Part shown: in pieces, positions 57,420 to 64,000 of the stretch
Layout: every line of letters starts with the position of its first letter
How positions within the stretch are numbered: the first letter of the stretch is position 1
NCBI GenBank assembly: GCA_965208105.1
Contig: OZ242318.1
Coordinates: 1,664,001-1,728,000 of the forward strand
Direction of reading: 5' to 3'
DNA length: 64,000 bases
From: Candidatus Latescibacterota bacterium
Lineage (GTDB): Bacteria; Latescibacterota; UBA2968; UBA8231
Notes under the pieces: model-generated
What the model saw: only the letters and a program-made list of their open reading frames with translations
Told to the model about the DNA's origin: nothing
Database searches by the model: none
Made by a program: the position numbers and the translations under genes

Positions 57420-59084
57420 ATGACCAGGGCCGCAGCTCAGGCAGACTCCACCGAAGCCATGGTGGCCGGCGATGTCGCGCGCGCCCTCAGGCGCAATCGC
57501 GTCCCCTACCTCTTCGGCATGCCGGGAGGGGGCAGCTCCATCGATCTCATCGAGGCCTGCCGCCTACAGCAAATTCCCTTTGTCCTGGTTCAGCACGAAA
57601 CTTCGGCGGCGATGATGGGGGTGGTGTGCGGCGAACTCACCCGGTCCTGCGGGGTATGCGTCTCCATCATGGCAACGGGCGCAATCAATCTGGCCGGCGG
57701 TGCCGTATACGCCTACCTGGAGCGGCATCCCCTGCTCTGCATCGCCGAGACCTATGGGGCGGAAGAGGCTCCCTTGATGTCGATCCAGAAGATCGACCAC
57801 GCCCGCACCTTCTCGTCCTACAGCAAGGACACCATCGCGTTGCACCAGGAGCAGCCGGGTGGCCAGATCGACGCGGCCATCGAACTGGCCAAACTGGAGA
57901 GACCGGGCCCCGTCTTCGTCGACTACCCGCAGACCATGAACTCCGCCCCCGGGGCAGGGACTACCGCCGCGGTGAGAGAGGCAGCCTCGCCCCCATTACC
58001 CGTAGAAGGCGACCTGGAGGGCGACCCCGAGGCCATGGCCGCCGCCATCGCCAGGGCGGAGAAGCCCCTGATCATAGCCGGGCCGGTGGTCGCGCGCCAG
58101 CAGGCCTCAGACCAGTTGCTGGCCCTGGCCGAGAAGCTGCAATGCGGCGTCATGGTGACATCCAAGGCCAGGGGAGTGGTTCCCGAGGACCACCCCCTCT
58201 ATGCCGGGGTCATGTCCGGAGTCTACCGCGAGGAGACCCTCGAGGGCCGCATGGTGGGCCAATGCGACCTGGTGCTTGCGGTCGGGCTGGACCGCATGGA
58301 GCTGCTGTCGCCCTGGAAGTACCGCCAGACCCTCCTGGCCCTCGACGCCATCCGGGTTACCGACGAGACCGTGGGCGAACCCGACCTGGTGGCCGCGGGG
58401 CCGCTCGCTCAACTGCTGGAAGCACTGGCGCGATCAACACCTGCGCGCACCGCCTGGTCGACGGAAGAGATCCGCGACTACTGGGCCGAGGCCATGCGCG
58501 ACCTGGGGGCCCAGCAGGCGGGGCTCACCGCCACCGCGGTGTTGCAGCGGGCCCGGCAGATGGCGCCGCGCGACGCCATCCTCACCACCGAGGCGGGCAT
58601 CTACGGGCGGGTGAACCTGTACGCCTGGAAGGTCTACGAGCCGGGCACCTGCTTCGACTCCAGCGGCGCCAACACCATGGGATTCTCGGTTCCGGCGGCC
58701 CTGGCCGCGGCCCTGGTGCGGCCGCAACAGAAGGTTATCGCCCTGGTGGGAGACGGCGGGTTTCTCATGCGCGCCGGCGAGCTCGAAACGGCTGCGCGCC
58801 TCAAGGTCGCACCGGTGATCGTCATCTTCGACGACGGCACCATGGGCATGATCCGCATCAAGCAGCGCGCCCGGGGCTACGCCCGCGAGGGGGTGGACAT
58901 GGAGCAGACCGATTTCGTCCGCCTGGCGGAAAGCTTCGGGGGGGTCGGGTGCATGGTCCGCAGCCTGGAGGAATTCGAGACCGCCTTCGGCCGGGCGCTG
59001 CAGTCGGACCGGCTCCACGTCATAGACGTCCGCGTCGACGCCGACCTCTACGCCTCCCACATCAAGCCCATCCGGGGATTGTAG
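57420..59084 (+). CDS. ThDP-binding protein, acetolactate synthase large subunit-like
   Basis: LFGMPGG, QHETSAAMM, ERPGPV, NTMGFSVPAA and GDGGF motifs. Confidence 0.88.
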   Translation: MTRAAAQADSTEAMVAGDVARALRRNRVPYLFGMPGGGSSIDLIEACRLQQIPFVLVQHETSAAMMGVVCGELTRSCGVCVSIMATGAINLAGGAVYAYLERHPLLCIAETYGAEEAPLMSIQKIDHARTFSSYSKDTIALHQEQPGGQIDAAIELAKLERPGPVFVDYPQTMNSAPGAGTTAAVREAASPPLPVEGDLEGDPEAMAAAIARAEKPLIIAGPVVARQQASDQLLALAEKLQCGVMVTSKARGVVPEDHPLYAGVMSGVYREETLEGRMVGQCDLVLAVGLDRMELLSPWKYRQTLLALDAIRVTDETVGEPDLVAAGPLAQLLEALARSTPARTAWSTEEIRDYWAEAMRDLGAQQAGLTATAVLQRARQMAPRDAILTTEAGIYGRVNLYAWKVYEPGTCFDSSGANTMGFSVPAALAAALVRPQQKVIALVGDGGFLMRAGELETAARLKVAPVIVIFDDGTMGMIRIKQRARGYAREGVDMEQTDFVRLAESFGGVGCMVRSLEEFETAFGRALQSDRLHVIDVRVDADLYASHIKPIRGL

Positions 59085-59096
59085 ACGGAATCCAAC

Positions 59097-61937
59097 CTAC
59101 CACAGATAGGCCGCTCGACGGGCGCGATCCGCCGCCTGGCGGCGCTCCAGGGCGGCCTCCACCGACCGCACCAGGGGCGATCCCCGCGCAAGCCGGGGAA
59201 GCCCATCGATCCATTGCCGCAGCTCCGGGGCGCGCAGATGGACGTGGTAGTCCGCCCACCTTTCGATCCAGGCCGACCCGGCCGATCCATGATGGGGGTC
59301 TGCGTCGATCGCCCGGCGCAGATAGGCCAGACTGGACTCGAAGTCGGGGCCGTGCAACTGGGCGACGCGCAGTGCCGACTCGGCCCGCTCCGACCTGAAG
59401 CGGGAGCGGTCATGCGCATCCTCGGCCGCGGCGAGGGCTGCCGGTGAGGGCACGTGGTAGCGGGAGAGGGCGCGGGCGCGCTCCTCGTCGAGCTCGGCCG
59501 CGTCCAGGGGCTCGAGGAAGTAACGCTGCAGCTCCCCGAACGGAGTGCGCGGCAGCACCGCGAAGGAGATTTCCGCCAGACGTCCTCCCCGGTAGCGCCG
59601 CAACAACTGGCGGTCGCCGCTGGAGTAGCTCAGGCGTTGGTCGTCGTCCCGGTAGACATAGGGCGCCTGCATGCGGGCGATATCGTCGGGCCCGGTGGTG
59701 ATCAGCGCCAGGATTCCCTCCACAGAGGCTGTCCCGTGGCGGCAGTCCCCGGTCCAGCGCTTGCTGGCAATATGGGGCTCCCGGGCCAGCACCCGGGCGC
59801 GCTCCTCGATCCAGGCGGTGCTGAACCGCGGCGGGTCCACGCCCTTGAAGCTCAGGGTGACGAAGTCCATCGGCCCCATGCGAACGATGAAGGTGTGGGA
59901 GAACACCGCCGCCTGGGTCTTCACCAGGCAGCGGGTCTCGTTGGGGGTGAGGTGGTAGAGCGGGACCCACTGCACCAGCACCCCGTCGCGGCGCAGCACC
60001 CGGTCCACCGCGCGGTAGAACTCCAGGGAGTAGAGCGGGTGGACTCCTTCCGCGGTTGGAGGCGGAGGCTCCATGGAAACCACGTCGTAGGAGCCCGGCG
60101 CGGCGCGCTCGACGAAATGGCGGCCGTCGTCCAGGTGGATGGACACCCGCGGATCGTCCCCCAGGCCCGCGTTGAACTCGGCGAAGTGATCGAGGGCCAT
60201 GGAGATCATCTCCGCGGAGATGTCGACCACGTCCATGTGTTCGACGGGATAGCGCAACAGGGCCCCGAAGGACTGTCCCGAGCCCATGGCTATGCCCAGG
60301 ACGCGGCGCGGCGTCCCTTCCTGCGGGTAGAATAGCGCCGGCAGGTGCCCCTCGATCACCTGGACGGGAAGCTCTCCCCGGCGCACCACCGCCAGAATCT
60401 GGTTGCCCGCGGCGATGTAGCGGTTCTTCGGCCCGGCAAAGACCGACGCGGTGGTCAGGGGTCCCTCGACCAGATCGACGAGCCCGGCGTCGTCCACCTG
60501 CCTGCCCACTCCCTCGGTGCTCACCACCTCCCGGCTGAGATCGCCTTGCATGAAGTATATCCCCACCGCCAGCGCCAGGGCGCCCAGAGCGTGACCCCAG
60601 CCGATGTTCCAGCGCCCGCCGCGTCCGCTTTCGAGACTCAACCTGCTCTCGGCCGCCGCGCCCAGCGCCAGGGTCACCAGGGTCAATGCGAACAGCGCCC
60701 CTGCGAGACCGAATGCAGGTATCAGCACATAACCGGCGGCGAATCCCCCGGCGCTGGCCCCCACCGTGTTCCAGAACACCAGGCGCCCGGAGGCGCGCCG
60801 CAACCCGGCGCTGTGCCTGGTTGAGGCGGCGATGAGGCCGGGCAGGGCCGTTCCCAGCAGCAGCACGGGAAGGAATATCACCAGTCCCACCTGGAAAAGG
60901 GGGGCGAAGAAGGTGTAGTCGGCGGCCTCGCTGGCGAAGTACCAGCTGGGTTCCACCGCGAACCCTTTGCCGGTAATGCCGTAGTCGGCCAGGATCCACC
61001 AGTCCAGGCTGAAGAGCACGAGCAGGGCGGCGATGGGCTGCAGCAGGGCCACCACCCGCAGAGGGCGGACCCCAGTGGCCAGCAAACGCCCCATCGCAAT
61101 GCTTCCCAGGGCGAGGGCGGCGAGGAACACCGCCAGCAGAATGGCGGTGAGATAGACGCTTGCGGTTTTGAACAGGGAGAAGTAGCGCGCCCAGGCCACC
61201 TGGTAGCCGATGGCCGCAAACCCGGAAAGGAGAGCCAGGACGCAGAAGAACGCGCCCGGGCCCGGCGCGCGCGCGCCGGCCGTTGCCGGCAGGTGCAGCG
61301 GCGGGGTGCGCCGGAAGGCGAGGAGCGCCATGGCGGCGATGGCGAGATTTCCCGCGCCGGCGGCCATGCTGGTGCCGTTCATCCCGAGGGAAGGGATGGC
61401 CAGGTAACCGGTGAGGAGGACGCCGAACACCGCGCCGGCGATGTTGAGTCCGTAGAGAACGCTGGTATGGGACCCCACCGAGGCGTCGCGCTCCACCAGG
61501 CCGTCGAGGAGCAGGGGCAGGGTCCCGCCCATGAAGAACGTGGGCAGGAGGAAGAGGAAGAAAAGCAGTCCGAAGCGCAGCAGGAAGAGGGCGGCGGCGC
61601 TGCCGGCGGCCACCCCGTAGAGCGAGGCGTAGGCGCTCTCCACGCAGGCGTAGAGCAGCGGAAAGGCGAAGGCGTAGATACCTATGCCGGCTTCGAAGAG
61701 CCCGTAGACGAAGAGCGGCGAGTAGCGGCGGCTGCGCCAGTACTTCCCCACGACCAGACTGCCGAGGGCAAGTCCGAGAAAGAAGCTGGTGAGCACTGTC
61801 GACAGGGCGATCTGGCTCGCTCCCACCACCAGGGCGGCCTTGCGGATCCACACCAGCTGGTAGCCCAGGCCGAGGGCCCCCGAGAGAAAGAACAGGATGG
61901 CGGCGAGCAGAATCGGGCCCCGGAGCGCCGCGCTCAT
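59097..61937 (-). CDS. Fused MFS-like membrane domain / spermidine synthase-like methyltransferase
   Basis: FFLSG..LGYQLVW, PTFFMGGTLP, YGLNIAGA, then GMG-like GSG, VDISAE, DDGRHFV, YDVVSMEPPPP and LYSLEFY. Confidence 0.88.
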   Translation of the reverse strand: MSAALRGPILLAAILFFLSGALGLGYQLVWIRKAALVVGASQIALSTVLTSFFLGLALGSLVVGKYWRSRRYSPLFVYGLFEAGIGIYAFAFPLLYACVESAYASLYGVAAGSAAALFLLRFGLLFFLFLLPTFFMGGTLPLLLDGLVERDASVGSHTSVLYGLNIAGAVFGVLLTGYLAIPSLGMNGTSMAAGAGNLAIAAMALLAFRRTPPLHLPATAGARAPGPGAFFCVLALLSGFAAIGYQVAWARYFSLFKTASVYLTAILLAVFLAALALGSIAMGRLLATGVRPLRVVALLQPIAALLVLFSLDWWILADYGITGKGFAVEPSWYFASEAADYTFFAPLFQVGLVIFLPVLLLGTALPGLIAASTRHSAGLRRASGRLVFWNTVGASAGGFAAGYVLIPAFGLAGALFALTLVTLALGAAAESRLSLESGRGGRWNIGWGHALGALALAVGIYFMQGDLSREVVSTEGVGRQVDDAGLVDLVEGPLTTASVFAGPKNRYIAAGNQILAVVRRGELPVQVIEGHLPALFYPQEGTPRRVLGIAMGSGQSFGALLRYPVEHMDVVDISAEMISMALDHFAEFNAGLGDDPRVSIHLDDGRHFVERAAPGSYDVVSMEPPPPTAEGVHPLYSLEFYRAVDRVLRRDGVLVQWVPLYHLTPNETRCLVKTQAAVFSHTFIVRMGPMDFVTLSFKGVDPPRFSTAWIEERARVLAREPHIASKRWTGDCRHGTASVEGILALITTGPDDIARMQAPYVYRDDDQRLSYSSGDRQLLRRYRGGRLAEISFAVLPRTPFGELQRYFLEPLDAAELDEERARALSRYHVPSPAALAAAEDAHDRSRFRSERAESALRVAQLHGPDFESSLAYLRRAIDADPHHGSAGSAWIERWADYHVHLRAPELRQWIDGLPRLARGSPLVRSVEAALERRQAADRARRAAYLW

Positions 61938-61989
61938 GGAAGCTCCGCAGGGATGAGACCGGGAACGAGCGTGGCCATCATGAACCGCT

Positions 61990-62865
61990 TCACCCCACCC
62001 TGTCCCCCGCTGCCAGGTTCCGGAAGAACTGCTCCGCCTCCCGGGCGACGCGCAGCGGGCTGAGGGGAATTATCTCCAGGACCATCTCGCCCCGAAAATC
62101 GATCTCCTCGAGGGCCTGGAGCAGGTGGAGCCAGTCTTCGGCGGGGATAATGCCCTTCCCCGGGGAGGTGTGCATGCGGGAGAAAGGATCGTCCGCCGCG
62201 AATGCGTCGCTGACGTGCAGGTGGCACAGCCGGTCCTTCAGCGCATCGACGTAGGCGCGCATGGGAAAGCGGGCGAACTTCTGGACATGGGTGGTATCGA
62301 GACATATCCCGAGGTCGGGGAACTCCCTCGTTGCCCGCTGCAGAATGGGGAGATTCCACAAACCAGGGTCCTCCTCGGTTTCTCCGTCCGAGGCGTTCTC
62401 GAGGGCGATGGTCACCCCTTTCTCCCGGGCGTAGTCCAGCACCCGGGCGGCGAACCCGAAGTCAGGGTCGGGACCGTCGAGGAAGAGATTGCAGGCGTGC
62501 ACCACGAGAATTTCGGACCCCACGCAGGAGACCGTGTCGATCTGTCTCCGGTACTCGTCCATGGTGTCCTCGTTTCCGGTGTGCCAGCTGGCGCGCACAT
62601 CCTTGAGCATGGTCTTCAGCCTCTCCCTGTGTACCTCGTCGAAGAGGTCCGCCACATTTGCCTCCATGGCCCCGCGCGCCGGCGAAAGCCACTCCCAGCT
62701 GCACCAGCTGGGCCACAGCTCGATACCGAAACCGTTCGCCGACACCTCGGCGACCACCTCTTCGAGACTGTCGAGACCCCGGTCGAACGCAAAGTTGGTG
62801 CCCCCCTTCTTCAGGGGAAAGTAGTGGATGTAGTTCCACAAGCTGATGCTGATTCTCAACTCCAT
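61990..62865 (-). CDS. Sugar phosphate isomerase/epimerase (xylose isomerase-like TIM barrel)
   Basis: GIELW, VVH, IALEN, CLDTTH, HLHVSD, H..PGKG and VLEI metal ligands. Confidence 0.88.
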   Translation of the reverse strand: MELRISISLWNYIHYFPLKKGGTNFAFDRGLDSLEEVVAEVSANGFGIELWPSWCSWEWLSPARGAMEANVADLFDEVHRERLKTMLKDVRASWHTGNEDTMDEYRRQIDTVSCVGSEILVVHACNLFLDGPDPDFGFAARVLDYAREKGVTIALENASDGETEEDPGLWNLPILQRATREFPDLGICLDTTHVQKFARFPMRAYVDALKDRLCHLHVSDAFAADDPFSRMHTSPGKGIIPAEDWLHLLQALEEIDFRGEMVLEIIPLSPLRVAREAEQFFRNLAAGDRVG

Positions 62866-63039
62866 ATTTTCCTTTCCCTCCTATTTTCTTATTTTGGAAC
62901 CTCAAAGATAGGACCTTTGCGAGGGCAGGCCAATTCGGGGACAGACGGACCCCAGGATAGCCGCAGGGACAACCGGGACCGCCGGGATAATCCCGGAATC
63001 ACCTTACCTCCATCTGCTGCGCAACAGCGAGATCTGACC

Positions 63040-64000
63040 ATGGCAGTTCTATCCAGGACGATGCGCTGCGCCTGCCGCGGCCTTTTTCTGGCACTCGGAG
63101 TCTGGAGTGCCGTCTCAGGGTCCCCGCGCCTGAACAGCGACCAGATCCTGGAATCCCGGCCCTTCCTGCGCTGGGAGCGCCCTGCCTACCACAACTACGC
63201 CCTGCGGACCTACGCAAACTACCCCGATCACACCTTTCCCTATGCCGATTCGCCCCGGACCTACTACGGCCCGCTGGGGGACTACCTGACCAGCGGATTC
63301 GACCTCTACAGCTGGAATGAGACGCGCATGCCGGGGCAGGAATTCGGAAGCACCATTTTCAAACCCAACGACTCCGGCACCCTGGTGTGGAACAAAGTCT
63401 ACGACGCGGTGGTGATAGGGCGCGACGGCTACGGCGACTGGGGCTACAGTCTCATCGTGGCCGACGGGCTCATCGCCCGCTTCTCGCCGCTGACCTTGTC
63501 TATGACCGACTTCAACGGAGTCCGCCTCGACGTTTCCACCCCCCGCCTCCAGCTCACCGGACTGGCCTCCCGCAGCGAGCGCCCCCACACCTACATCTCG
63601 CGCTCCATCTTCGTCCTCGGCCAGACCCACATCGCCGACGACTCGACCCTTCTCCTGGGGGGCCGCGCCCAGACCGACCTGGGGCTTCTGCGCCTGGGAT
63701 TGAACTGGGCAAACACCCACGTCTACCAGAGCACGCGGCCGGGCAACAGCCTCAAAGGCGTGCTGCGGCCGGACCAGCCGCTGATGGACTGGATCCTCGT
63801 GCGCTTCTCCGACGACTCTCCGGCCGACGGCAGCGGCGGCGCCGTGGTGCAGGAGGTCCGCCTCGTGATCGACGGCGACCCTCGGCCGGACCTGGAGCCC
63901 CGGGTCATCCGCCAGCGGGCGGGCGTCGGACCCCAGGTGGGCACCGTGTCCCAGGCCACCGGGCGCTTCCGGGCGACGGACTACACCTCCTTCAGAGGGC
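63040..64000 (+). CDS. Large exported protein, uncharacterised family, paralog E (truncated by the window end)
   Basis: Manual translation: MAVLSRTMRC...SRPFLRWERPAYHNYALRTYANYPDH...YYGPLGDYL...PGQEFGSTIFKP...RFSPLTLS...NSLKGVLRPDQP...QATGRFR. No stop before 64000, so it is absent from the track. Confidence 0.88.
   Translation, partial: MAVLSRTMRCACRGLFLALGVWSAVSGSPRLNSDQILESRPFLRWERPAYHNYALRTYANYPDHTFPYADSPRTYYGPLGDYLTSGFDLYSWNETRMPGQEFGSTIFKPNDSGTLVWNKVYDAVVIGRDGYGDWGYSLIVADGLIARFSPLTLSMTDFNGVRLDVSTPRLQLTGLASRSERPHTYISRSIFVLGQTHIADDSTLLLGGRAQTDLGLLRLGLNWANTHVYQSTRPGNSLKGVLRPDQPLMDWILVRFSDDSPADGSGGAVVQEVRLVIDGDPRPDLEPRVIRQRAGVGPQVGTVSQATGRFRATDYTSFRG

Noticed and set aside
62935-63000. Short degenerate CGGGAY repeats as a CRISPR or iteron array
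   Set aside because: Units are under 10 bp and irregular, with no spacers or cas/rep genes.

Overview
High-GC bacterial chromosomal window with about 44 intact CDS, mostly on the minus strand. I saw no rRNA, tRNA, CRISPR array, transposase or integrase. The gene content is typical of Latescibacterota/Gemmatimonadota-like or Poribacteria-like host-associated or environmental genomes (inference). It includes three PhyH dioxygenases, a DUF6785-like membrane protein, three GHL10-like barrels, three beta-propeller hydrolase-like proteins, a TPR + CRTAC1 pair, IolD, GH32 and an IlvD/Edd dehydratase. The standout is a family of five paralogous ~1000-aa exported proteins that I cannot assign to a named family. 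Three sit in a tandem array at 47.8-57.0 kb, one diverged copy is at 32.3-35.3 kb, and one runs off the right edge and is missing from the ORF track. The four complete copies share a conserved scaffold, an Asp-rich Ca-binding-like core, four hypervariable aromatic-rich segments and a conserved C-terminal GF(T/S)EFG tail. They lie upstream of hydrolase runs, suggesting an undescribed outer-membrane uptake or receptor system. Other signals: a 139-bp decayed copy of an epimerase gene bracketing a two-gene cassette, a 688-bp tandem lipoprotein duplication, a DinJ-YafQ toxin-antitoxin pair, and two unannotated pseudogenes (YdeI/OmpD-associated and XRE-HTH).
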